A stretch of DNA of 64,000 nt, taken from the NCBI GenBank assembly GCA_902489475.1, contig CABUAH010000001.1:25919-89918 (forward strand), in the 5' to 3' direction. Under the pieces are notes generated by a model that did no database searches, had not been told where the DNA came from, and worked only from the letters and a program-made list of their open reading frames with translations. Shown one piece after another: positions 9,148-18,478 of this stretch. How positions within the stretch are numbered: position 1 is the stretch's first letter; the number at the start of each line of letters is the position of its first letter. The position numbers and the translations under genes were made by a program. Source of the DNA: an uncultured Oscillospiraceae bacterium (GTDB lineage Bacteria > Bacillota > Clostridia > Oscillospirales > Ruminococcaceae).

Positions 9148-10398
9148 ATGGCAGATAGAATGGATATACAAAAGACTTTTCTGGTTGTAGCTTATGCATG
9201 TGAACCCAATGAGGGTTCTGAGCCTGGCGTTGGGTGGAATTGGAGCATTGAGCTGTCAAAACATAACAATGTTATTGTAATTACACGGGAAAACAATCGG
9301 AAAAATATTGAAAAGGAATATTCACAGAAGAAATATCCGAATCTTCGATTTTGCTACTGCGATGTCCCCAAGTATCTTTCTTTGTGGAAAAAAGGGCAAA
9401 AAGGGATACACCTTTATTACTGTTTGTGGCAACTAGTTTGTTATCATCTGGCAAAAAAAATTATTAAAGAGCAGGGGATCGACTATGTTTTCTCTGTAAC
9501 ATTCGGAAACATCTGGATGCCCTCCTTCCTGCATAAGCTTCCGTGTAAGTTTATCTGGGGTCCTCTTGGGGGAGGGGAAGGTGTTCCGAGAAAATTGTGG
9601 TCTCATCTGCCTGTAAAACAAAGAATAATAGAATGGGTGCGCCATATAAATATGGTATTGCCAGTAACAAACCCTTGGAAAAATGCGGCCATTAAAAAGG
9701 CGTATCTTATTATTGTTAGAACCAAAGATACTTTGGCCTGCATTCCTTCTAAATATCATAGCAAGTGTCAGTTAATGATTGAAACCGGAGTTTCACAAAA
9801 AGATATTGAGTACTTTAAAAAAATTGAATCGATTCAGAATCAAGAGCTCAAGAATGATTATCTGATTTGTGGCAAAATGGTTCCATTTAAGATGTTTGAA
9901 TTAGCAATTGATGCCTTTGGAAATGCGAATCAGATTAATCAAACTTCCTGTCTGCATATTGTAGGCGATGGGCCTATGATGAATAGCTTACAAGATAGGG
10001 CCCAAAAATACGAAACACATAGGAATATTGTATTCCATGGAAAACTAAGTAGAGAGAAAACATTGGAAATAATGGCATCCTGTAAAGCACTGCTACTCAC
10101 AAGTGCTAGAGAGGGTGGCTCTTGGGTCATGTTTGAGGCAATGCTGTTGAAGAAGCCAATCATCTGCTTTGACTCATCTGGCATGGCAGTTGTCGTTGAC
10201 AATAAAATGGGATATCTAATTCCTGTCTGTGCATATCCGGAAGCGGTTGAACGCTTTAAACATGCCTTAGTCGATTGCTACCATCAAGATACTGCGAAAA
10301 TGGGTGGATATGCATATCTGAGGGTTACTCAGCAGTTCACATGGGAAGCAAAAGTAGAAGCTATGCTGAATTCATTAAAAGAACGTAAGATATATTGA
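9148..10398 (+). CDS. Glycosyltransferase family 4/1
   Basis: FLVVAYACEPNEGSEPGVGWNW at the N-terminus and HIVGDGP...FHGKLSREK...LLLTSAREGGSWVMFEAM at the C-terminus. GGAGTGGAG precedes the ATG at 9148. Confidence 0.7.
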   Translation: MADRMDIQKTFLVVAYACEPNEGSEPGVGWNWSIELSKHNNVIVITRENNRKNIEKEYSQKKYPNLRFCYCDVPKYLSLWKKGQKGIHLYYCLWQLVCYHLAKKIIKEQGIDYVFSVTFGNIWMPSFLHKLPCKFIWGPLGGGEGVPRKLWSHLPVKQRIIEWVRHINMVLPVTNPWKNAAIKKAYLIIVRTKDTLACIPSKYHSKCQLMIETGVSQKDIEYFKKIESIQNQELKNDYLICGKMVPFKMFELAIDAFGNANQINQTSCLHIVGDGPMMNSLQDRAQKYETHRNIVFHGKLSREKTLEIMASCKALLLTSAREGGSWVMFEAMLLKKPIICFDSSGMAVVVDNKMGYLIPVCAYPEAVERFKHALVDCYHQDTAKMGGYAYLRVTQQFTWEAKVEAMLNSLKERKIY

Positions 10399-10426
10399 TG
10401 GCTATGAGAAGGATTGTATAAAAATA

Positions 10427-10947
10427 TTGTTAATGTTGTATTATCTATTTTTTAGAAAGCTTTCTTATCAACCGATTCCCGGCTATAGACCGGGAAACAT
10501 ACTCAGAAGTTGGTGCATCTGGAAGCTATTTAAAAGGTGTGGCGAAAATATTGTGGTTAAGAGTATGGTATATTTTGGTACAGGAGAAAATATAGAAATT
10601 GGTGACTATTCACAGATTGGAATTAACCACAAAGTTGAGGAAGACCTAGTGTTGGTTACTCACGTGCTTATGGTACCGGATGTTATCATATATTCGTCCA
10701 GTCATGAATATAAAGGTCCTGATACTCCTGTTATGTTTCAGGGGGGGAGATAAAGAGAAGACCGGTTGTCATAGGGAACGATGTTTGGATTGGAACCAGA
10801 GTCATTATTATACTTGGAGTGCATATTGGTGACCACGTAATCATTGGAGCAAATTCTGTTGTTACACATGATATTCCAGGCTATTCCATTGATGCTGGTA
10901 GTCCGGCAAGGGTCGTTCGGAAGCGAAAAGAAGAAGTAAGGAGTAAA
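10427..10947 (+). pseudogene. Left-handed beta-helix (hexapeptide repeat) O-acetyltransferase, frameshifted at a G7 tract
   Basis: The first frame reads ...GENIEIGDYSQIG...SSSHEYKGPDTPVMFQGGR and stops at 10751. The protein continues in another frame as RRPVVIGNDVWIGTRVIIILGVHIGDHVIIGANSVVTHDIPGYSIDAGSPARVV. The break is exactly at ggggggg, 10741-10747. Confidence 0.8.
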
Positions 10948-10950
10948 TGT

Positions 10951-12087
10951 ATGAAGATATTGGCACTATATTTACCGCAGTTTCATGCCATTCCTGAAAA
11001 TGATGAGTGGTGGGGCAAAGGCTTTACGGAGTGGGTGAATGTAAAAAAAGCAAAGCCGCTGTTTGAAGGGCATTATCAACCAAGAACTCCCTTGAATCAG
11101 AATTACTACAATCTGCTGGATAATTCAGTTAAGAAGTGGCAAATCGATCTGGCGAAGAAGTATGGAATCTATGGATTCTGTGTCTATCACTATTGGTTTT
11201 CTGGTAAGAAGTTGCTTGAAAAGCCTATGGAGCAATATCTGGAAGACAAGTCTCTGGATTTTCCGTTTTGCTTTTGCTGGGCTAATGAGCATTGGAGCAA
11301 TGCTTGGGTCTCAGGGGAAAACAAGATCCTGATGGCTCAGAATTTTGAAGATAGAGAGGATTGGGACAATCATTTCTATTATATGCTGCCCTTTTTTATG
11401 GATGAACGGTACATCAAGGAAGATGGAAAGCCCCTGTATGTAATCTATTTACCCAATATCATTGGACCCTTGAATGAGATGCTGGACAGATGGCAGGAAC
11501 TAGCAAAACAGAATGGCCTGCCGGGAATAAAGTTTATTTCACAGAGTCCCTTCTGGCATTTGGATAAAAGCGTGGACAAGAGCAGGTTTGATTATGCTAT
11601 CGAGTTCCAGCCTTCCATGATTAACCATCTGGAAAAAGGAACAAAGAGTGCAATGTGGATTCGTATGAAAGTCAAACTGTCTCTGTTCCTTCAGAACAAA
11701 TTCCACATTTATATCAAGCTTCCTAAAAAAGAAGTTCATAAAAGTAGCTACGATGAAAAGTGGAAGCAGGTTCTGGCAATTCACCCACAGGACGATACCT
11801 GTTTTCCTGGCGCATTTGTTGATTGGGACAATACTCCACGGAAAGCAGAACGTGGAGATGTATATATTGGGGCTTCTCCGGAAAAGTTTAAACACTATTT
11901 TGACCTGCAGGTAAAGCATGTAAAGAAAGAGTATAAAACTGACTGGCTCGTCATGTTTGCCTGGAACGAGTGGGCTGAAGGTGGTATCCTTGAGCCTACA
12001 GAACGATATGGTACTGCATATCTTGAAGCAATTCGGGATGTGCTGATGGACAATGGAGAGTTTCCTACATGGGATGAGGGCAAGTGA
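10951..12087 (+). CDS. WbsX-like protein (glycoside hydrolase family 99-like domain)
   Basis: MKILALYLPQFHAIPENDEWWGKGFTEWVNV...YHYWFSGKKLLEKP...CWANEHWSN...WNEWAEGG matches the WbsX family (PF14307) signature. AGGAG lies 8 nt upstream of the ATG at 10951. Confidence 0.75.
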   Translation: MKILALYLPQFHAIPENDEWWGKGFTEWVNVKKAKPLFEGHYQPRTPLNQNYYNLLDNSVKKWQIDLAKKYGIYGFCVYHYWFSGKKLLEKPMEQYLEDKSLDFPFCFCWANEHWSNAWVSGENKILMAQNFEDREDWDNHFYYMLPFFMDERYIKEDGKPLYVIYLPNIIGPLNEMLDRWQELAKQNGLPGIKFISQSPFWHLDKSVDKSRFDYAIEFQPSMINHLEKGTKSAMWIRMKVKLSLFLQNKFHIYIKLPKKEVHKSSYDEKWKQVLAIHPQDDTCFPGAFVDWDNTPRKAERGDVYIGASPEKFKHYFDLQVKHVKKEYKTDWLVMFAWNEWAEGGILEPTERYGTAYLEAIRDVLMDNGEFPTWDEGK

Positions 12088-13148
12088 TGAAAATAGGAAT
12101 TTTGACCTTTCAGTTTGCCCATAATTATGGGGCCCTATTACAGACATATGCTTTGAAATGCTATCTGGATCAACTGGGACATAATGCTGTTGTTATCAAC
12201 TATATCCCGGATAAGCTGCGCAAGGAATACTCAATGAATCCCTTTGACTATTCTAGAAATCTCAAGGTTGTATTGAGTTTAGCGATGAGGAACTATCGAA
12301 GGAGAAAGCAGAACAGAATATTCATTCAGTTCCAGAGAAATGAACTCGGATTGGGTAAGGAAATTTTTACCGGAGATCAGCTTATTTCTGCTCTGAATGC
12401 CTGCGATATTGTATCCGTAGGCAGCGATCAGGTCTGGAATACTGGCATCACTGGAGAGATCAAGAGCTACTTTCTTGAAAAAGACGTAAATGTAAAGAAA
12501 CTCTCCTACGCAGCCAGCTTTGGTACGGATGAGATAAGTGAATTTCAGAAGAACGCATTAAATGAATGCCTTCCGCTGTTTTCAAAAGTATCTGTTAGGG
12601 AATTACAGGCACAGAGTTTATTGAAAATAAATGGTATTCAATCAGAACTGGTTTGTGATCCAGTGTTTTTGTTGGGCAAAGAGGACTGGGATGCTTTCGC
12701 AAGAAAGCCTGAATCAATGACAAATGCTCACAGATTCATTATGATTTACGGACTGTCTGGAAATAGTAATCTGGAAAAAGCCGCTACCTGCTATGCTGAA
12801 GCTGAGGGAATCCCAATGTATGTAATACATCCCACTGCCCAGAAGATGACAAATAAAGGAATCCACCTGATTGATGTAGGCCCAAGGGAGTTCGTGTGGC
12901 TGATACAGCACGCAGAAAAGGTGTACTCGAACTCTTTCCACGCCACTGCTTTTTCTACATTGTATGGAAAGACATTGGTATATGATTCTGTAAAGGGTCT
13001 TGGGAGCAGAGTAGCATCCCTGTTTCATTCTTTGGGGATGAATTTCTTTGATGGCGTAAATGAGTATAACCTTGGAAACATACTGGAAAGCAGTATTGTG
13101 GATTATGCTCAGACGGGCAAAAAGTTTCTATCGAAAACATTGATATAA
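12084..13148 (+). CDS. Polysaccharide pyruvyl transferase family protein
   Basis: MKIGILTFQFAHNYGALLQTYAL...VGSDQVWN...VRELQAQSLL...DPVFLL...SFHATAFS. The start overlaps the upstream stop (GTGATGA). Confidence 0.8.
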   Translation: MMKIGILTFQFAHNYGALLQTYALKCYLDQLGHNAVVINYIPDKLRKEYSMNPFDYSRNLKVVLSLAMRNYRRRKQNRIFIQFQRNELGLGKEIFTGDQLISALNACDIVSVGSDQVWNTGITGEIKSYFLEKDVNVKKLSYAASFGTDEISEFQKNALNECLPLFSKVSVRELQAQSLLKINGIQSELVCDPVFLLGKEDWDAFARKPESMTNAHRFIMIYGLSGNSNLEKAATCYAEAEGIPMYVIHPTAQKMTNKGIHLIDVGPREFVWLIQHAEKVYSNSFHATAFSTLYGKTLVYDSVKGLGSRVASLFHSLGMNFFDGVNEYNLGNILESSIVDYAQTGKKFLSKTLI

Positions 13149-13166
13149 TGACGAGGAGTACAGCGT

Positions 13167-14450
13167 ATGCAATTAGCGAATAAAAAGTATATCTTATCCA
13201 TTTCTGGGGGGAATATACTTACTTCACTGGGTGGAACTGAGAAGGTTATTATAACTCATCAGAAAATGTTTAATGCTTCTGGGATATCTTACGTCTATGT
13301 TTACCCAGTGTCGAAGAAAGTTGCGGGATTTAGGCTGTACCACTATTGGGGTGTCGTGATAGACGGAGAACCGGTGGGCATCTTCAAAACAAAGGGTCTG
13401 TTATCTTTCCTGAGTTGTTCCGAGAACGGCGATTATTTGCTGATGAAGGTACATATTCATCATTTTCGAGAGATCATGCTGGATCAGCTTTCAGAAATTC
13501 TGGATTACATCCGAGAAGCAGATGTTTTTTGCTATCTGCACGATTACTATCTGGTGTGTGATTCGTATACACTCAAGGATTCTTCGGATAAGTATTGCGG
13601 TTTTGGTGTGCCATCCCAGGAGAAATGCGGGAACTGTGCCTTTTGGACGCTCCATGAGCATGCAGAGAAAAGAAGAAAATTTATACTGAAGTACCTCGAT
13701 CGGATGGTATTCATCGCACCTTCGGAATGTCCTGCGGAGATTATCGGAGATTCCATTCCGGAGATCAGAAATCGGATTCGTGTTATTTACCACCAAAAGG
13801 CATTTGGCGAATACAAGGAAAATCGAGAGCCCTCTCCAGGAGAACCGTTAAAAGTCGCTTTTTGTGGACTTCCTATTCGAGCCAAGGGATGGCAAGATTT
13901 TCTATATGCAGCTGAGATTGCTACGCACAGGGGGGCACAGGTTCGATTCTATCATCTGGGAAAAAAAGACAAAGAATATGCGAACATTATCAATATCCCC
14001 GTTGGTTTCCAAAATGGGAGTAAAACGATGACTGAAATGTTACGCAAGTTGAATGTCGATTGTGTTATCCTGTGGTCTGGGTGGCCTGAAACCTACAGCT
14101 ATGTGTATTATGAGTGCTTTGCAGCAAACACGTTTGTACTAACGAACAATCTGAGCGGAAATATAGCAAAACAGGTGATCAAAAATGGCAATGGAATTGT
14201 ATTGTCGGGAAGGGAAGAACTGGCTGATCTGATATCTGATTCGGACAAGCTAAGAAATCTAGTTGAAGATTACAGGGGGCGTAGAGAATATGGTCCCCTA
14301 GAACTGATGGAAAATGATGAGATCATTGTATTGTCAATGAATGATGGAGTAACAATAGAACCCGTGATCTTCAAAGAACTAGGCATCAAAAGAAAACTTG
14401 TGGAGAAAGCCTACCTAGAGCATTTGAAAAACAAGTGTCGCGGTAGGTGA
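13167..14450 (+). CDS. Hypothetical protein, possibly a GT-B-like glycosyltransferase with a Cys-rich insert
   Basis: A clean 427-codon ORF. The Cys cluster is CYLHDYYLVCDS...YCGFGVPSQEKCGNCAFW. The C-terminal half (KVAFCGLPIRAKGWQDF...) is vaguely GT1-like. The family is not firmly recognised. Confidence 0.4.
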   Translation: MQLANKKYILSISGGNILTSLGGTEKVIITHQKMFNASGISYVYVYPVSKKVAGFRLYHYWGVVIDGEPVGIFKTKGLLSFLSCSENGDYLLMKVHIHHFREIMLDQLSEILDYIREADVFCYLHDYYLVCDSYTLKDSSDKYCGFGVPSQEKCGNCAFWTLHEHAEKRRKFILKYLDRMVFIAPSECPAEIIGDSIPEIRNRIRVIYHQKAFGEYKENREPSPGEPLKVAFCGLPIRAKGWQDFLYAAEIATHRGAQVRFYHLGKKDKEYANIINIPVGFQNGSKTMTEMLRKLNVDCVILWSGWPETYSYVYYECFAANTFVLTNNLSGNIAKQVIKNGNGIVLSGREELADLISDSDKLRNLVEDYRGRREYGPLELMENDEIIVLSMNDGVTIEPVIFKELGIKRKLVEKAYLEHLKNKCRGR

Positions 14451-14464
14451 ATTGAGGTAGGAAA

Positions 14465-15766
14465 ATGAAATACAACTTAGACTATATTGATGATCTCTTT
14501 CGGGATGAATTTATTACGCTTTCAGGAAGAAGCTACGCATACAGAGAAAACATTTATGCCCAGAAATATAGCAATGCTATTGTGCTTCCATTTCAGCCCG
14601 ATTTAAACTGCTCTACCAAGGGGACGGGAGGTGTCCTAGACGAAAACGGCCAATATGTCGATATTTCAGCAACTTTCCAGGAGAATCTCATGTCCTGCGG
14701 TTATGCATTGGAGCAAGGACCGAAATGCTATGATGAAACAGTGATTTATCTGGGCTATTTTATTATGCAGTGGGGACATTTTTTAGTTGATCTTGTCCCC
14801 CGTCTTTGGTTTTTTCAGCAGAATTATCATGGCGAAAAGTTGCTGATACTGACCAGTAACCGGAAATCAAGAATCAATGGAAATTTCTTAGAGTTGCTTA
14901 GTCTTTTTGGTATTACTGAGGACAAGATTCATTATGTATATGAACCAGAAAGATATAGTTGTATCATTGTTCCTGAAATGTCCATGGTTAGGCCGGTTTA
15001 TTACTCAAAACAATCTGAGGAGTTGTACCGCTACATCGTAGAGAAAGCGACGGCAACGAGAAGTTATCAAAAATATGACAAGATATATTTCTCTCGTTCC
15101 AAGCTGAAAAAGGCGGTTATGACGGAAATTGGAGAACCCGAGATTGAGCACATATATCGAAAAAACGGATACAAAATTATTCATCCTGAACGGTGTAGTT
15201 TTAAGGAATTAGTTTTTTATATTTCGAACTGCAAGGAGGTTGTCTCTTTATCTGGTACAATCCCGCATAATATCGTTTTTGCAAAACCAGATACCAAGGT
15301 TGTAATTCTCAATAAAACATATCGGATTAACACGATTCAGTTGATGTTGAATGCACAGGCGGGTATAAGCCCGATTTATGTAGATACAAATATATGCTTG
15401 TTCCCGGCTAGTCCTGGTTCAGGACCGTTCTGGATGGAGGTTGAGGATAACTTTATCCGATATGCAAAACAAAATGGATTGAAACTGCCAATGATGATTA
15501 CTTCTAAAAGCCGTATTGTTGAGTATTGCCGCAGACAAAAAAGGGCGAAGAGACTGAAGCAGTATGTGTTGATGTATGTGCGTCTCAGAGACCGTTATTT
15601 GGATATTGGTGGTTCCATAGTTGGCGCTGCAAGGCCAGATGAAAACTTTGAGGATAAGCCTATCTATTACTTCTACAGAGAAAAAGTGAAGGAAATCAAT
15701 ACAAATACCAATCTGATTAGCTTTTTGACTAACCTGTATCATTATGGAAAGGGGACGAGTAAATGA
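14465..15766 (+). CDS. Glycosyltransferase family 61 (DUF563) protein
   Basis: YFIMQWGHFLVDLVPRLW, IYFSRSK and LSGTIPHNIVF are typical DUF563/GT61 blocks. Confidence 0.6.
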   Translation: MKYNLDYIDDLFRDEFITLSGRSYAYRENIYAQKYSNAIVLPFQPDLNCSTKGTGGVLDENGQYVDISATFQENLMSCGYALEQGPKCYDETVIYLGYFIMQWGHFLVDLVPRLWFFQQNYHGEKLLILTSNRKSRINGNFLELLSLFGITEDKIHYVYEPERYSCIIVPEMSMVRPVYYSKQSEELYRYIVEKATATRSYQKYDKIYFSRSKLKKAVMTEIGEPEIEHIYRKNGYKIIHPERCSFKELVFYISNCKEVVSLSGTIPHNIVFAKPDTKVVILNKTYRINTIQLMLNAQAGISPIYVDTNICLFPASPGSGPFWMEVEDNFIRYAKQNGLKLPMMITSKSRIVEYCRRQKRAKRLKQYVLMYVRLRDRYLDIGGSIVGAARPDENFEDKPIYYFYREKVKEINTNTNLISFLTNLYHYGKGTSK

Positions 15767-17040
15767 TAGTTGAAAAGAAGACACTCAGGATCTATCTTGG
15801 GATGCTTTTGATTTGCTTGTTTGCTTTCACAACAGGTTTGCATCCTGTGTTGTTTGGGGGTCTGAACAATGCAATCCTTGTATTGCTCTTTGGCATTTTG
15901 CTGGTGTGGAACCAGAGAACAGGATTTCTTCATGATGGCATGGCGATATGGGCATGCATATTGGTCGCGATAATGCTATTTAATAACAAAGATAATCAAC
16001 AATTTGGAACTATTATGGTATATAATACACTGGCCTATATGTTGGCATGGTTGTTTTATATATTCACGCTGAGAGATAACAGGTGGCATAAGCCTTTTCT
16101 TAAACTGTGTATTTTGTTTGGGTTGTTTCATGCGGTGGCTACCTGGTTTTTCAAAATAGTACCAAGTTTTTATAGTGCAAATATTGTGCCACTTCTTGGA
16201 ACATGGGGTGATTCTGCTTTACGAGAGTTCCAGAATGGATGGGCTCCTGGTATTTCTCCGACATATAGCACAAACGCAGTATATATAGCCTTTGGATTCT
16301 GTACAGCAGTAGGTCTACTCATGAATGAATTTAGAACAAAGCGCTATATTCCAGTATTGATTTGCATCTCTGCATTGCTGTTAACCGGAAAACGGTCTCA
16401 GTTGATCGTATCTGTGTTTGCCTTTCTATTGATGTACTATCTCTATAATAGCGATAAGAAGACTACTAGGATTTTTAAGCTGTGCGGAATTGCTATTGTT
16501 TCACTTGTTATCTTCAATATTGCGTCACAGTTTGTACCTGAACTAGCGAACTTTATTAACAGATTCCGCCAAACTGCTGAAATGGGTGATGTAACACTCG
16601 GACGGGCAGCAAGGTTTGCTGAGTCGATGCAGATTTTCTTGAGCAATCCAATCTTAGGAATTGGATGGAACGGGTCGGCCTATTACTTTGAACAGTCGAC
16701 AGGAATTTTTATTAACGTCCACAATATTTATATACAGATTTTATGCGAAACAGGCATTATCGGAACAGTTTTTTACTTCACATTTTTCATATATAACTAT
16801 ATTATTGCGTGGCGAATGCTAAAACGGGTAAAACAATCTGGCTTTACAACATATGAAAAAGCAGAAATATGCGCGGCATTTATGATAGAAACCTTCACCT
16901 TGCTTTATGGTGTTACCGGCAACCCGATTTACGATTTTCAAACACTCTTTCCATATGTAGCATCCTGTGGGATAATTACGTATTATAACAGAAATATGAA
17001 CAAGATTAATTTCATTGAAGGGTTGCATAGTATTCACTAA
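15763..17040 (+). CDS. wzy: O-antigen polymerase/ligase-like membrane protein (Wzy)
   Basis: A polytopic hydrophobic protein. LLTGKRSQLI is followed by a large loop and IGWNGS...NVHNIYIQILCETGIIG, a Wzy_C-like block. The start overlaps the upstream gene (ATGA). Confidence 0.6.
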   Translation: MIVEKKTLRIYLGMLLICLFAFTTGLHPVLFGGLNNAILVLLFGILLVWNQRTGFLHDGMAIWACILVAIMLFNNKDNQQFGTIMVYNTLAYMLAWLFYIFTLRDNRWHKPFLKLCILFGLFHAVATWFFKIVPSFYSANIVPLLGTWGDSALREFQNGWAPGISPTYSTNAVYIAFGFCTAVGLLMNEFRTKRYIPVLICISALLLTGKRSQLIVSVFAFLLMYYLYNSDKKTTRIFKLCGIAIVSLVIFNIASQFVPELANFINRFRQTAEMGDVTLGRAARFAESMQIFLSNPILGIGWNGSAYYFEQSTGIFINVHNIYIQILCETGIIGTVFYFTFFIYNYIIAWRMLKRVKQSGFTTYEKAEICAAFMIETFTLLYGVTGNPIYDFQTLFPYVASCGIITYYNRNMNKINFIEGLHSIH

Positions 17041-17059
17041 TTTATAGGAGTATTGAATA

Positions 17060-18475
17060 ATGAAAGCAGATTACAAAAAACTAGGTAAGAACACGCTTTT
17101 ATTTGCATTAGGGAGTTTTACGCAAAAGGCAATGGCATTTTTGCTTGTGCCATTTTATACATATGTGCTGTCTACATCGGACTATGGAACGGCAGATTTG
17201 ATTATTATCATAAGCAGCATGATCTGGCCCTTGTTTACTTTATTGATTGACGATGCAGTGCTTCGCTTTTCCCTGGACAAAAATGAAAAGAAAGAACAGA
17301 TCATCAGTATTGGGTGCTATATTAATCTGTTCGGTTTCTTAATTATGCTGTGTCTGTCTCCCCTTGTATTACTAGTAAATGCATTAAAAGAATACTATCT
17401 GTTCTTTGTGTTGTACTACTTTACGTATTCTGTAAACAGTTTTTTCTCATATGCACTAAGGGGATTGGAGAAAACAAAACTGTTCTCGTTGACAGGTATT
17501 ATCTCCAGTTTCATTGCCATTTCCTGTAACCTGTTGTTCTTACTGGTGTTCAAGTGGGGGGTTCGTGGGTATCTGCTATCCTTTATTCTCTCCTATCTGG
17601 TTACTGGAGTCATACAGTTTGCTTTGGGAAAATTTGGGAAATATATTATTCCTCTCTCTGCTATCGATAAAGGCAAGCGGCGGGAAATGATTCGTTATGC
17701 GCTTCCGCTGATTCCGAATTCTATCAGCTGGTGGATCAGCAATTCATCTGATAAGCTGATTGTATCTTATGTGTGTGGTATTGCGGCAAACGGTATTTAC
17801 TCCGTAAGTTACAAAATACCATCACTAATTACGACATGTTCGAGTATTTTCTCCAACGCATGGCAGATATCTGCGGTAGATGAATTTGGCAGCGAGGAGA
17901 ATAGAAGGTATTTCAGTGATGTCTACTATAAATATTCCACGGTCTGTATGTTTCTGGTTACTGTGGTTATAGCGTTTAATAAGATGGTTTGCAGAGTTGC
18001 GTTTTCCAATGATTTTTATCAAGCGTGGAAATATGTGCCAATATTGCTTTACGCAGTAACATTTCAGATTATGTCTGGATTTTTAGGAACGATTTACACT
18101 ACATCCAAAAAGACAAAAATGGTCTTTGTATCTACAGTGATTGCAGCGTCGTCAAATATTATTCTCAACATCATATTTATTCCGTTATATGGAGGCGTTG
18201 GTGCAGCTTGGGCTACCTGTATCAGCTACATGATTGTGTGGATGATCCGAGTGGTTGATTCTCAGAAGATTATGAAGCTTTCAGTAAACTGGGGAAAAGA
18301 AATCGTTTGTAATGCGATTCTTTTAATTCAGGTTTGCATCGCCTGCACAGATGATAGTAAAGAATTCTGGGTTTCACTCATTCTAATGCTGGCGATTTTA
18401 TTCATCAAGAGAGATTTCATAAGGGACTTTACAATTCTCTTGAAACACATGATGCGCAAGATAGGGAAGAAGTGA
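17060..18475 (+). CDS. wzx: Oligosaccharide flippase (MOP/Wzx family)
   Basis: A hydrophobic protein of about 470 aa with many predicted membrane spans. N-terminal KNTLLFALGSFTQKAMAFLLVPFYT and later ALPLIPNSISWW are typical of polysaccharide-biosynthesis flippases. Confidence 0.75.
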   Translation: MKADYKKLGKNTLLFALGSFTQKAMAFLLVPFYTYVLSTSDYGTADLIIIISSMIWPLFTLLIDDAVLRFSLDKNEKKEQIISIGCYINLFGFLIMLCLSPLVLLVNALKEYYLFFVLYYFTYSVNSFFSYALRGLEKTKLFSLTGIISSFIAISCNLLFLLVFKWGVRGYLLSFILSYLVTGVIQFALGKFGKYIIPLSAIDKGKRREMIRYALPLIPNSISWWISNSSDKLIVSYVCGIAANGIYSVSYKIPSLITTCSSIFSNAWQISAVDEFGSEENRRYFSDVYYKYSTVCMFLVTVVIAFNKMVCRVAFSNDFYQAWKYVPILLYAVTFQIMSGFLGTIYTTSKKTKMVFVSTVIAASSNIILNIIFIPLYGGVGAAWATCISYMIVWMIRVVDSQKIMKLSVNWGKEIVCNAILLIQVCIACTDDSKEFWVSLILMLAILFIKRDFIRDFTILLKHMMRKIGKK

Positions 18476-18478
18476 TAT

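Noticed and set aside
9453-9460. An A8 homopolymer inside the GT4 gene as a second phase-variation tract
   Set aside because: The gene is intact across the tract, A8 encodes plain Lys-Lys-Ile context, and A/T runs of this length are common in AT-rich genomes. There is no evidence of switching from a single sequence.
11539-12147. A 202-codon minus-strand ORF
   Set aside because: It is antisense to the WbsX-like gene, whose family motifs are clear.
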